Shown here one piece after another: positions 1 through 12,065 of a stretch of DNA of 27,272 nucleotides. The DNA comes from Byssovorax sp. (GTDB lineage: Bacteria > Myxococcota_A > Polyangia > Polyangiales > Polyangiaceae), in contig DASYCF010000189.1 of NCBI GenBank assembly GCA_036500365.1, positions 1 to 27,272 of the forward strand, given 5' to 3'. A program made the translations under genes and the position numbers. The notes beneath the pieces were generated by a model. The model did not search any database and had not been told where the DNA came from. It was given only the letters and a program-made list of their open reading frames with translations. The number at the start of each line of letters is the position of its first letter. Positions within the stretch are counted from its first letter, which is position 1.

Positions 1-20
1 CATTCGACCGGGATGGATCG

Positions 21-1430
<1,410 letters not shown>

Positions 1431-1463
1431 CGCGAGCGCTTCGCGCCACCTCCTCCTCGGACG

Positions 1464-2525
1464 ATGAGCCGCCGCTCCCCTCGCCTGTCGGCGTTCGCGT
1501 CGGGCCTGCTCGCGCCGTCGCTCGCGTCGATCGTCGGCGCCGCCGCGTTCGCGCTCGCCGAGCTCGCGTGCGCGTGCGCGTGCGTGACGCCGCGTCGCCT
1601 CGCGGAGGTCGAGCCGCGCTGGTTGATGAAGGACGGCCTCGACGAGTACGCGCGCGTGTCGCTCGAGGCGTTCCGCATGGCGGCCGAGGCGCCTGCGCCG
1701 CTCGGCGTCGTCTACCTCGGCTCGTCGATGGCGCGGCGCGCGCTGCTCGACGGCGACGATCCGGCGCCGATCGAGGCGGATCTCGCGCGCCTCGTCGGAG
1801 AGCGCGTGCGCTTCCACTCGCTCGAGACCCCGGGCCAGACGCTGCTCGAGGCGCGCTCGCTCGCGGCGTTGATCCCGCGCTCCTTCGACGGCGTCGTCAC
1901 GATCGTCGTGCACGAGGACCACGACGACGAGCGCAACGCGGCCGTCGCAGGAGCGAAGAGCTTCCGCGACCTCGCGCGGCTCGCCGTCGACACGCCCGGC
2001 GTGACGCCGCCGACGGGCGTGCACTTCCTCGATCACCTCGACTGGTACGCGGCGCGGCGCGGCGCCCTCGCGCGGCTCGGACCCGTCCCCGAGTGGCCGC
2101 GCGGCGGCCCTCCGACGGCCGGCGGGAGGCCGATCGGGCTGCGGAGGTGGCGCGAGATCGAGCGGCGCGCCGAGGCGAACCCGTCACCGCTCCTCGACAA
2201 GCACGAGCTCGCGCTCGAGACGCTCGTCGAGTCCGCGCGCGGCGACGGCCGCGTCGTCGTGCTCCTCGAGTCACCCGCGAACCCGCGCTACGCCGCCTTC
2301 AAGGCGCACCTCGCCACCGGCTACCGCTCGCGCATGCAGGCGCTCGCGAAGCGAACCGGCGCGCTCTACTGGGACCTGAACCCGGTCGCCGATCTCGTCC
2401 CCGAGGAGTTCGACGACCAGGTGCACCTCGGCGCGTACGCCGCGCGCCTCCGCTTCCAGACGCTCTACGTGAACCGCCTCGCCGCCCAGCTCGTGAAGAT
2501 GCGCGACGAGGCGAACGGTCGGTGA
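1464..2525 (+). CDS. SGNH/GDSL-hydrolase-like membrane-anchored protein (possible polysaccharide O-acyl transfer/modification partner)
   Basis: N-terminal hydrophobic segment; block-I-like VVYLGSSM; C-terminal DxxH motif (EEFDDQVHL); GC-rich third codon positions. The family call rests on motifs only. Confidence 0.6.
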   Translation: MSRRSPRLSAFASGLLAPSLASIVGAAAFALAELACACACVTPRRLAEVEPRWLMKDGLDEYARVSLEAFRMAAEAPAPLGVVYLGSSMARRALLDGDDPAPIEADLARLVGERVRFHSLETPGQTLLEARSLAALIPRSFDGVVTIVVHEDHDDERNAAVAGAKSFRDLARLAVDTPGVTPPTGVHFLDHLDWYAARRGALARLGPVPEWPRGGPPTAGGRPIGLRRWREIERRAEANPSPLLDKHELALETLVESARGDGRVVVLLESPANPRYAAFKAHLATGYRSRMQALAKRTGALYWDLNPVADLVPEEFDDQVHLGAYAARLRFQTLYVNRLAAQLVKMRDEANGR

Positions 2526-2529
2526 CCCG

Positions 2530-3759
2530 TCACTCGAAGCGGAGCGCGTCGATCGGATCGAGCCGCGACGCCTTGCGCGCCGGGTAGAGGCCGAAGACGA
2601 CGCCGGTGAGCGCGCTGAAGCCGACGGCGACGAGCACCACCTCGGGTCGCACGAGCATCGTCCAGCCGAACTTGTGCGCGAGCTCGCCCGCGGCGCCGAC
2701 GCCGAGCGCGACGCCCATCAGCCCGCCGAGGAACGCGAGCGCCATCGCCTCCGCGAGGAACTGACCCAGGATCTGCGTGCGCTTCGCGCCGATCGCCATG
2801 CGGAGGCCGATCTCGCGCGTCCGCTCGGTGACGCTCACCAACATGATGTTCATGATGCCGATGCCGCCGACGAGGAGCGACACGCCCGCGACCGCGGCGA
2901 GGAGCGTCGTCAGCGTGTCGGTCGACGCGGCCTGTGCGCTCTGCATCTCGGCGAGGTTCCGGATCGAGAAGTCGTCGTCCTGACCCTGCGCGAGGTGATG
3001 GCGCTCGCGGAGCAGCGCGCGGAGACCCGACTCGACGCTCGCCGTCTGATCGGCGCTCGCGGCGCTCACGTACACGGTGCCGGAGAGGTACTTCTGGAGC
3101 CCGCCCTGGATCTTCGTCTGGAAGGTCGTGACGGGCACGTACACGCAGTCGTCGTAGTCCTGGCCCGTCGCGCTCTGGCCCTTCCGCGCGAGGACGCCGC
3201 TGACGACGAACGGCACGTTCTTGATGCGCACCGTCTGGCCGACGGGGTGCGCGTTCGCGCCGAAGAGCTTGTCGACGACCGTCTCGCCGAGCACGACGAC
3301 CTTCGCGCCGCCGTCGACGTCGCCCTGCGTGATCGCGGCGCCCTCGGCCGTCTGCCACGCGCGCACGTCGAAGTACTCGGGCGTGACGCCGTACACGGTC
3401 GTGCCCCAGTTCTGCTCGTCGCTCAGGAGCTGCGACGTCACGCGGAGCTGCGGCGCGGCGGCGCCGACGCCGGGCACCTCCGTCTTCATGGCGCGGAGAT
3501 CGTCCCACGTGAGCGTCGGCTGCGAGCCGAAGCCGCCCTGCGCGCCGCCCGCGCTCGACGAGCCGGGCAGCACGACGAGCAGGTTCGTGCCCATCGACGC
3601 GAACGTGTCGGCGACGCGCGATTTGGCGCCCTCGCCGATCGCGACCATCGCGATGACGGCGCCGACGCCGATGACGATGCCGAGCGTCGTCAGGATGGAG
3701 CGGGTCTTGTTGCGGAGCAGCGCGCGGAGCGCGATGCGCAGGGTCTGGAGCGGGTTCAT
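2530..3759 (-). CDS. MacB/FtsX-family ABC transporter permease
   Basis: Start MNPLQTLRIALRALLRNKTRSILTTLGIVIGVGAVIAMVAIGEG; GGIGIMNIMLVSVTERTREIGLRMAIGA; ends ASRLDPIDALRFE. Start moved from 3864 to ATG 3759, which has a GAGGA RBS. Confidence 0.95.
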   Translation of the reverse strand: MNPLQTLRIALRALLRNKTRSILTTLGIVIGVGAVIAMVAIGEGAKSRVADTFASMGTNLLVVLPGSSSAGGAQGGFGSQPTLTWDDLRAMKTEVPGVGAAAPQLRVTSQLLSDEQNWGTTVYGVTPEYFDVRAWQTAEGAAITQGDVDGGAKVVVLGETVVDKLFGANAHPVGQTVRIKNVPFVVSGVLARKGQSATGQDYDDCVYVPVTTFQTKIQGGLQKYLSGTVYVSAASADQTASVESGLRALLRERHHLAQGQDDDFSIRNLAEMQSAQAASTDTLTTLLAAVAGVSLLVGGIGIMNIMLVSVTERTREIGLRMAIGAKRTQILGQFLAEAMALAFLGGLMGVALGVGAAGELAHKFGWTMLVRPEVVLVAVGFSALTGVVFGLYPARKASRLDPIDALRFE

Positions 3760-3796
3760 GAGCGTGGTCCTCTTCGAACGACGAGCGTTGCAACCG

Positions 3797-4546
3797 TCAC
3801 GCCGCGCGCTGCACCCCGGGCCGCGCGGGGATCGGCTCGTGGCGAGTGTCCGATTGCACGACACCGTCCTTGACGACGACGACGCGCGAGAGGTGCTCGG
3901 CGATGTCCGGCTCGTGCGTGACGAGGACGATGGTGATGCCGCTCCGCCCGAGCTCCTGGAACAGCGCCATGATCTCGACGCTCATCTGCGAGTCGAGGTT
4001 GCCCGTCGGCTCGTCGGCGACGAGGAGCTTGGGCTCGCCGACGATTGCGCGCGCGATCGCGACGCGCTGCTGCTGCCCGCCCGAGAGCTGGTTCGGGTGG
4101 TGATCGAGCCGCGCGCCGAGGCCGACGCGCTCGAGCGCCCGCGCCGCGCGCGCCCGCCGCTCCTTCGCGCCGACGCCGGCGTAGAGCAGGGGCAGCTCCA
4201 CGTTCTCGAGCGCCGACGTGCGCGAGAGCAGGTTGAAGCTCTGGAACACGAAGCCGAGCGTCCGGTTGCGCACCTCGGCCAGCTCGTCGGCGTCGAGGTG
4301 CGAGACGTCGCGCCCGGCGAGCATGTACGAGCCCGACGTCGGCCGATCGAGGCAGCCGATGAGGTTCATCAGCGTCGACTTGCCCGAGCCGCTCGAGCCC
4401 ATCACGGCGACGAGGTCGCCCTCGTCGATGTCGAGCGAGACGCCGCGCAGCGCGTGCACGTCGACCTCGCCCATCCTGTACGTCTTGGTGACGTCGCGGA
4501 TCTCGACCAATGCGCCGCCGCGCGGCGCGCTCGTACGTTCGTTCAT
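3797..4546 (-). CDS. MacB/LolD-family ABC transporter ATP-binding protein
   Basis: Walker A GSSGSGKS; FVFQSFNLL; signature [14 protein letters not shown]; Walker [14 protein letters not shown]; VTHE switch; GAGGA RBS. Confidence 0.97.
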   Translation of the reverse strand: MNERTSAPRGGALVEIRDVTKTYRMGEVDVHALRGVSLDIDEGDLVAVMGSSGSGKSTLMNLIGCLDRPTSGSYMLAGRDVSHLDADELAEVRNRTLGFVFQSFNLLSRTSALENVELPLLYAGVGAKERRARAARALERVGLGARLDHHPNQLSGGQQQRVAIARAIVGEPKLLVADEPTGNLDSQMSVEIMALFQELGRSGITIVLVTHEPDIAEHLSRVVVVKDGVVQSDTRHEPIPARPGVQRAA

Positions 4547-4586
4547 GGTTTCCTCGCTGGTGTGCGGGAGAGAGTCGTCGTCGGAA

Positions 4587-5804
4587 TCAGAACATCTTGC
4601 CCATACCGCGCGAGCCGCCGCCGGGGGCGCCCTGCGCGCGCGGCGCGGCGGCCGCGCCCGCGCCGTCGACGATCACGCGGTCGTTCGCGGCGAGCGCGTC
4701 GCCGACGACCTCCGTCGCGGCGCCGTCCGTGATGCCCGCGTGGATCGCGACGCGCACCGGCGCGCCGTCGCGCAGCACGTACACGGCTTTGTCGCTCGGC
4801 GCCGCCCCGACCGCCGCCGGGGCCGCGTCGGCCGCGGGGTGGAAGCGGAGCGCCGCGTTCGGCACCGTCGTCGCGCCGTCCGACTCGGCGTACGTGAAGG
4901 CGACGTTCGCGGTCATGCCGGGGCGGAGCTCGAGGTTCGGGTTCTCGACGTCGAGCACCGCGTCGTACGTGACGACGTTCTGCAGGGTCGTCGCCGCGTT
5001 CCTGATCTCGCGCACCGCGCCGACGAAGCGCTCGCCGGGGAACGCGTCGACGGTGAACGTCGCCTTCATGCCGGGCTGGAGCTTGCCGACGTCGCTCTCG
5101 GCGACGCTCGTGTCGACCTGCATCTTCTTCAAGTCCTGCGCGATCGTGAACAGCGTCGGCGCCTGGAGCGCCGCGGCGACGGTCTGCCCGACGTCGACCG
5201 TGCGCGAGATGACGGTGCCGTCGACCGGCGAGACGATCTTCGTGTACCCGAGGTTGATCTCCGCCTGGTGCGCCGAGGCCTGGGCCTGGGCGACCGAGCC
5301 CTGCGCGGCGGCGACGTCGGCCTGGGCCGAGCGCAGCGTCGCCTTCGCGGTGTCGACGTCGGCCTGCGAGACGAGGCCCTCCCTCGAGAGCCCGGTCGCG
5401 CGGTCGAACTGCGCCTGCGCGTTCTCGACCTGCGCCTTCGCCTTCGCGAGCGAGCCGACGGAGGCGGCGACGTTCGCGCGCGCCTGCTCGACGGACGCCT
5501 GGAAGAGCTCGGGGTCGATCAGGGCGAGCACCTGGCCCTTCTTCACGGTCGTGTTCCAGTCGGCGTCGAGCTCCTTCACGCGGCCCGACACCTGCGTGCC
5601 GACCTGCACCGTCACGAGCGCCGACACCGTGCCGGTCGCGGTGACCTTCGCCACGACGTCCGAGCGGCCGACGGCGACCGTCTGGTAGTGGACCGCAGGA
5701 GTCTTGTCGGCGAGCGCGGCCTTGGCGCCGGCGCCCGCGCCGCCGATCGCGAGCGCGACGAGCAGGGGGACGAGGACCTTCCGGAGGCGCGGTTGCGTGT
5801 TCAT
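4587..5804 (-). CDS. MacA-like periplasmic adaptor (membrane fusion protein, RND/ABC efflux)
   Basis: MNTQPRLRK plus an N-terminal anchor; VTATGTVSALVTVQVGTQVSGRV; alpha-hairpin; YTKIVSPVDGTVISRTVDVGQTVAA; LRPGMTANV. This is the C-terminal part of track ORF 4587..7250; true start ATG 5804. Confidence 0.95.
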   Translation of the reverse strand: MNTQPRLRKVLVPLLVALAIGGAGAGAKAALADKTPAVHYQTVAVGRSDVVAKVTATGTVSALVTVQVGTQVSGRVKELDADWNTTVKKGQVLALIDPELFQASVEQARANVAASVGSLAKAKAQVENAQAQFDRATGLSREGLVSQADVDTAKATLRSAQADVAAAQGSVAQAQASAHQAEINLGYTKIVSPVDGTVISRTVDVGQTVAAALQAPTLFTIAQDLKKMQVDTSVAESDVGKLQPGMKATFTVDAFPGERFVGAVREIRNAATTLQNVVTYDAVLDVENPNLELRPGMTANVAFTYAESDGATTVPNAALRFHPAADAAPAAVGAAPSDKAVYVLRDGAPVRVAIHAGITDGAATEVVGDALAANDRVIVDGAGAAAAPRAQGAPGGGSRGMGKMF

Positions 5805-5816
5805 GCCGACCCACAC

Positions 5817-5832
5817 AGCAACCGCCGGACCA
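5817..5832 (-). promoter_or_regulatory. Putative sigma54 (-24/-12) promoter of the macA-like operon
   Basis: Minus strand reads TGGTCCGGCGGTTGCT: GG at 5831-5830, exactly 10 nt, GC at 5819-5818. Consensus is TGGCAC-N5-TTGCW. A sigma54 activator is encoded in the adjacent divergent operon. Confidence 0.6.
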
Positions 5833-5883
5833 CCCGCGATCCGGCCAAAAGCGCGCAAAATGGGGCGCACGGAATCCCTACAG

Positions 5884-5895
5884 GTGTCCGGGCAC
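5884..5895. promoter_or_regulatory. Near-palindrome GTGTCCGGGCAC, candidate enhancer-binding-protein site
   Basis: 10 of 12 positions are dyad-symmetric. It lies about 80-85 nt from both predicted sigma54 start sites. Confidence 0.3.
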
Positions 5896-5943
5896 GTGAC
5901 GCGGCCCGCTCCAGGAGCTGCTTGATCTAAGGTAAATGCCCTC

Positions 5944-5959
5944 GGGAACCCGGCTTGCT
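5944..5959 (+). promoter_or_regulatory. Putative sigma54 (-24/-12) promoter of the kinase-regulator operon
   Basis: GGGAACCCGGCTTGCT: GG at 5945-5946, 10 nt, GC at 5957-5958, with TTGCT at -12. Confidence 0.45.
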
Positions 5960-5972
5960 TCCGGTGAACACG

Positions 5973-7321
5973 ATGACGTTCTCGATCCGGCACCGCTTCC
6001 TCGCGGTCGCGCTCCTCGGCGTGACGATGTGCCTCGTTTCGCTCGGCGCGCTCTACCGGATCATGTCGGTGTCGAGCACGCAGCGGCTCGAGCGCGCGCG
6101 CGACGCCGCCGTGCAGGAGACGCTGATCCTCGCTGGCGCCGAGCCGGACGCGCGCCTCCGCGGCGTCGAGATCGCCGGGCCGAACGGCATGAAGAGCGGG
6201 TTCGTCGGCGACGACGACCGTCCCCCGGGCCTCGAGGCCGACTGGGCGCGCCCGTTCGATCTCGCGCGGGTGGCCGCCCGCGCGAGCGGCAAGCGCGCCG
6301 TGCAAGAGAAGTCGGTCGCCGGCGGCATGCTCGTCCTCGCCGTGACGCCCGCGCGCGGCGGCGGGTTCGCGTGGACCGCGGTCCCCGCGCCCGACCCGCC
6401 GAACCTCCGCATGTGGCGCATCATCGTCGCCGCGCTCACCGCGGCGACCCTGCTGCTCGTCGCCGCGTCGGTCGCCGCCGTCACGAGCGTGCGGGCTAGC
6501 GCCGGCTCGTTGAAGAGCTCGCTCGCTCGCCTCGCGCACGACCTCGACGCACCGGTCGAGCGGCCGCCCGTGCGCGAGATGGCCGAGGTCGCCGATGGCA
6601 TCGCCGATCTCGCGAGCGCCCTCGCGCGGTCCGAGAAGGAGCGCGATCGCCTCGGCGCCGAGCTCGCCGATCGCGAGCGCCTCGCCGCGCTGGGCCGCGT
6701 CGTCGCCGGCGTCGCGCACGAGGTCCGCAACCCGCTCGCGTCGATCAAGCTGCGCCTCGACCTCGCCGTGGCCGATCCCGCGCTGCCGGCCTCGTATCAA
6801 CAGTCGCTCGCCCGCACGTCGGAGGAGATCGATCGGCTCGATCGACTCGTCCGCGATCTCTTGCTCGTCGCCGGTCAGCGGCGCGGCGTCGTCGAGCGCT
6901 CGTCGCTCGGGGACCTCGCTCGGGCCCGCGTCGACCTGCTGGTTCCGTGGGCCCTCGAGCGCGACGTCCGCGTCAGCGCTCGCGGGGACGCGACGGCCGA
7001 GGTAGCTTCCGACGCGGTGGCGCGCGCCATCGACAACCTCGTGAAGAACGCCGTCGAGGCCTCCCCTGCCGGCGCAGAGGTGCGCGTCGTCGTCGAGAAC
7101 GACGCCGGCCTCGCGATGGTCCGCGTCGAGGACGAGGGGCCCGGCGTCGCGCCCGAGCGCACGCGCGAGCTCTTCGAACCGTTCTTCACGACGAAGTCCG
7201 AGGGCACCGGCCTCGGCCTCGCGATCTCGCGGTCGATCGCGGCGTCGCACGGCGGCACGCTGACCTACGCGCGCGCCGGCGACCGCACGCGCTTCTCGCT
7301 CTCGCTCGGAAAGGCGGCCGC

Positions 7322-7325
<4 letters not shown>
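5973..7325 (+). CDS. Membrane-bound sensor histidine kinase (2 TM, HAMP, HisKA, HATPase_c)
   Basis: H-box VAHEVRNPL; N-box DNLVKNAVEA; G1 DEGPG; F-box LFEPFFTTK; G2 GTGLGL; two hydrophobic helices. ATG 5973 preferred over TTG 5955. Confidence 0.95.
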
Positions 7326-8698
<1,373 letters not shown>

Positions 8699-8727
8699 GC
8701 TCCGAGCCCGCGCGCGAGGCGCGGCGC

Positions 8728-9483
8728 ATGAACTTCCTCCTGCATCGTCACCTCGCCGAGGACGCGCTCGACTCCGCGGCGGCGGGCGTCGGCGCGATGC
8801 TGCCGGACCTCTGGCGCATCGCCGATCGCCGCGTCCGCGCGCGCCGCGCCGTGGACCTCGACGTCGTCGACGCGCGCGACGGCGCGCTCGCGTCCGTGCT
8901 CGCGGGCGTCGGCCATCACCTCGACGCCGACGCTGCGTTCCACGCGTCGGGCGCGTTCGTCGAGGGAGAGCGCGCAGTCGGCGACGCGATCGCGGCGCTC
9001 GACGTCGCCGAGGCGCGGCTGCGGCTGTTCGCACACGTGACGTGGGAGCTCTGCCTCGACGGCGCGCTCGTGCGTCGGCTCGGCGTGCGCAGCATCCAGG
9101 AGCGCGTCGCGGCGGGGCTCGGGGACGACGACGACGCCGCGATCGCGCGCGCGGCGTCGCTGCACCATTTCGCGCGCGCGGCCGACGCCGACGGAGCGCG
9201 ACGCGCGGCGTTCGACGCGCGCATGCACCGCATCCTCCATGGCCTCGCGACGGAACCTTGGATCGAGGGCTACGCGACAGGCCCCGGCGTCGCGGCGCGC
9301 GTCTCGCAAATCCGCGGGCGCGTCGGCCTGCCGGCGCTCGAGATCGACGCGGCGACGCGCTTCGGCCGCGCGCTCGACGGCCTCGCCGCGCGCGCCGACG
9401 CGGCCCTCGACGCGATCCTCGTGGACCCGGCCTACTCCCAGCCGACGAGGCGCGCGCCGAACGGATCGACCAGCGCCTCGTGA
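8728..9483 (+). CDS. AcpH-like (ACP phosphodiesterase / zinc phospholipase C-P1 nuclease superfamily) protein
   Basis: N-terminus MNFLLHRHLA resembles AcpH MNFLAHLHLA; GAMLPD; GVGHHLDADAAFH; HVTWELCLD metal-ligand pattern. Start moved from 8371 to ATG 8728. Confidence 0.6.
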   Translation: MNFLLHRHLAEDALDSAAAGVGAMLPDLWRIADRRVRARRAVDLDVVDARDGALASVLAGVGHHLDADAAFHASGAFVEGERAVGDAIAALDVAEARLRLFAHVTWELCLDGALVRRLGVRSIQERVAAGLGDDDDAAIARAASLHHFARAADADGARRAAFDARMHRILHGLATEPWIEGYATGPGVAARVSQIRGRVGLPALEIDAATRFGRALDGLAARADAALDAILVDPAYSQPTRRAPNGSTSAS

Positions 9484-12065
9484 CGCGGCACGACGCGGAC
9501 GGCGAACGCGTGCTCGCCCGTGTCGCGCGCCTTCGCCTCGCCCTCGTAGCGGTACGAGCCGTCGGGTCCACGACCCGCGAGCGCGAGCGGGACGGCGGCG
9601 CCGTGCGCGACCGCGTGGCCGCCGTGGAGACGCCCGCAGTAGAGCTCGACGGCGACGTCGTCGGGCGTGAGCTCGCCGAGCGCGACGTTCGCCGCGACAC
9701 CGCACGGCTGCCCGGCGAGGACGCGGCGCGCGCCGATCTGCTCGACGGCGACGACGCGCACGTCCTTCCACGCCGCGCCGACGCGCGCGCGCCACGCGGC
9801 CAGCGCGCGCGACGCCGCGAGGCCCTCGCCCTGCATGGCCCGGACGCGCAGGGCCGCGGGGGCGTACAGCGTCTCGGCGTACTCGCGCACCATCCGCGCG
9901 GTGTTGAAGCTCGCGCCGGTCGACGCGATGCTCCGCTTCACCCGCGCGAGCCAGGCGCGCGGCACGCCGCCCGCGTCGCGGTCGTAGAACGTCGGGACGA
10001 TCTGATCCTCGAGCAGCCGGTAGAGGAGCTCGGCCTCGACGCGATCGCCGTGCTCGGTGTCGGCGTACTCCTCGCCCGCGCCGATCGCGAAGCCGTTGTC
10101 GCCGGCGTACGCCTCGGCCCACCAGCCGTCGAGCACGCTCGCGTGGAGCGCGCCGTTGAGCGCCGCCTTCATGCCGCTCGTCCCGCTCGCCTCGAGCGGG
10201 CGGCGCGGCGTGTTCAGCCACACGTCGACGCCGGAGACGAGCGCGCGCGCGACGCTCATGTCGTAGTCCTCGAGGAACACGATGCGGCCGCGAAACGCCG
10301 GCGTGTTCGAGGCGCGCACGATCTCGCGAATGAGCTCCTTGCCGCCCCAGTCCTGCGGGTGGGCCTTGCCCGAGAAGACGAGCTGCACGGGGCGACCCTC
10401 GCCGCTCACGGCGCGGAGGAGGCGCGCCGCGTCGCGCAGCAAGAGCGTGCCGCGCTTGTACGTCGCGAAGCGCCGCGCGAAGCCGATCGTGAGCGCGCGC
10501 GGGTCGAGCGAGGCGAGCCGCTGCGCCGCCGCGGCCGCGCCGAACGCGACGCCGCTGCGCGAGATGCCCGTCGCGCGGCGCGCCTCGGCCGCGGCGACGT
10601 GCGACGGGATCGACGCGATCAGGCGCGCGCGCTCTGCCTCGCGAACCGCCCAGAGCTCCTCGTCCGGGATGCGCAGCGCGGCCTGCCACGTCGCCTGCTC
10701 GCCCGCGCGCTCGAGCCAGTCCCCGCCGAGGTGCCTCGCGTAGAGCGCGCACATCGCCGAGCTCGTCCACGTCGCCGTGTGCACGCCGTTCGTGATCGAG
10801 CCGATCGGCACCTCGTCGTCGCCGAGCTCGGGCCACAAGACGCGCCACATCGCGCGCGCCTCGCGGCCGTGGAGCAGGCTCACGCCGTTGTAGCGATCGG
10901 CCATGCGGATCGCGAGCACGGGCATCGAGAACTCGGCGCGCGCGTCCGTCGCCTCCACGCGGCCGATCTTGTGCACCTCGTCAGCCGTGAGCGCGACGCC
11001 CTTCGCGAGCACCTCGAGGTATGGCGCGATGAGGTCGTGCGCGAAGCCGTCGTTGCCGGCAGGCACGGGCGTGTGCGTCGTGAACACGTTGCCAGCGGCC
11101 GCGGCCTCACGCGCGACGGAGAACGGCGCGGCCGCGTCGTGCATCAGCTGCCGGACGCGCTCGAGCGCGAGGAACGCCGAGTGCCCCTCGTTCATGTGAC
11201 ACACCGTCGGCGCGACGCCGATCGCGCGCAGCATGCGCACGCCGCCGACGCCGAGGAGCAGCTCCTGGCGGATGCGGTGCTCACGGTCGCCGCCATACAG
11301 CGTGTTCGTCAGCGCGCGATCCTCGGGCGCGTTCTCCTCGAGGTTCGCGTCGAGCAGGTAGAGCGGCACGCGGCCGACGTCGACGCGCCACGCCTCGAGC
11401 GCGACGTCGCGCGTCTTCTTCGCGTCGCCCGCGACGGGCAGCGTGACCGTGACGCGCGCGCGTCGCCCGGCCGCGTCGTTCACCGCGCTGACGGGGAGGT
11501 CGTGCCAGTCGTTCGGCGGGTAGCGCTCGTTCTGCCAGCCCTCGGCGTCGAGCACCTGGCGGAAGTAGCCCTGCGAGAACGCGACGCCCACGCCGACGAG
11601 GGGAACGCCGAGGTCGCTCGCGCTCTTCAGGTGATCGCCCGCGAGCACGCCGAGGCCGCCGGAGTACACGGGCAGGCACGCGTGGATCCCGAACTCCATA
11701 GAGAAGTAGGCGATGGTGGCGCTCGCGATCGCGGCGGTCCCCGCGCCGTCGGCGTTCGGCCGGCCAAACCTGCGATCGAACCACGTCTCGCGGTGGAGGT
11801 ACGTGTCGAGGTCCGCGGTCACCGCGGCGAGCTCGGCGAGGTAGCCCGCGTCTCCCGCGAGCTCGACGAGCCGCGCCGTCGGCGCCCGCGCGACGACCGC
11901 GAGCGGGTTCTCGCCGAGCGCATGAAACGCGTCGGGATCGACGCGCGCGAAGAGCTCGCGCGCGCGATCGTTCCAGGACCACCAGAGGTTGTGCGCGAGC
12001 GAGAGCAGCGGCGCGAGCGGGCGGGGGACGTCGGGGACGACCTCGAAGCGATGAATCTTCTTCAT
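9432..12065 (-). CDS. glgP: Alpha-glucan (glycogen/starch) phosphorylase
   Basis: LAHNLWWSW; YFSMEFG; PVYSGGLGVLAGDHLKSASD; HMNEGH; FTTHTPVPAG; ITNGVH; GFARRFATYKR; GKAHP; PLP-lysine motif EASGTSGMKAALNG. Start is ATG 12065 (MKKIHRFEV), overlapping the upstream stop (ATGA). Confidence 0.97.
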   Translation of the reverse strand: MKKIHRFEVVPDVPRPLAPLLSLAHNLWWSWNDRARELFARVDPDAFHALGENPLAVVARAPTARLVELAGDAGYLAELAAVTADLDTYLHRETWFDRRFGRPNADGAGTAAIASATIAYFSMEFGIHACLPVYSGGLGVLAGDHLKSASDLGVPLVGVGVAFSQGYFRQVLDAEGWQNERYPPNDWHDLPVSAVNDAAGRRARVTVTLPVAGDAKKTRDVALEAWRVDVGRVPLYLLDANLEENAPEDRALTNTLYGGDREHRIRQELLLGVGGVRMLRAIGVAPTVCHMNEGHSAFLALERVRQLMHDAAAPFSVAREAAAAGNVFTTHTPVPAGNDGFAHDLIAPYLEVLAKGVALTADEVHKIGRVEATDARAEFSMPVLAIRMADRYNGVSLLHGREARAMWRVLWPELGDDEVPIGSITNGVHTATWTSSAMCALYARHLGGDWLERAGEQATWQAALRIPDEELWAVREAERARLIASIPSHVAAAEARRATGISRSGVAFGAAAAAQRLASLDPRALTIGFARRFATYKRGTLLLRDAARLLRAVSGEGRPVQLVFSGKAHPQDWGGKELIREIVRASNTPAFRGRIVFLEDYDMSVARALVSGVDVWLNTPRRPLEASGTSGMKAALNGALHASVLDGWWAEAYAGDNGFAIGAGEEYADTEHGDRVEAELLYRLLEDQIVPTFYDRDAGGVPRAWLARVKRSIASTGASFNTARMVREYAETLYAPAALRVRAMQGEGLAASRALAAWRARVGAAWKDVRVVAVEQIGARRVLAGQPCGVAANVALGELTPDDVAVELYCGRLHGGHAVAHGAAVPLALAGRGPDGSYRYEGEAKARDTGEHAFAVRVVPRHEALVDPFGARLVGWE

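Noticed and set aside
5851-5869. GCGCAAAATGGGGCGCA resembling an NtrC box
   Set aside because: Only the outer GCGC arms are symmetric and the spacing differs from TGCACCA-N3-TGGTGCA. Too weak to call, though it is worth including in a footprint.
4587-7250. 887-aa ORF suggesting a giant MacA fusion
   Set aside because: The N-terminal 480 or so aa are the antisense of the histidine kinase. The real MacA-like protein starts at 5804.
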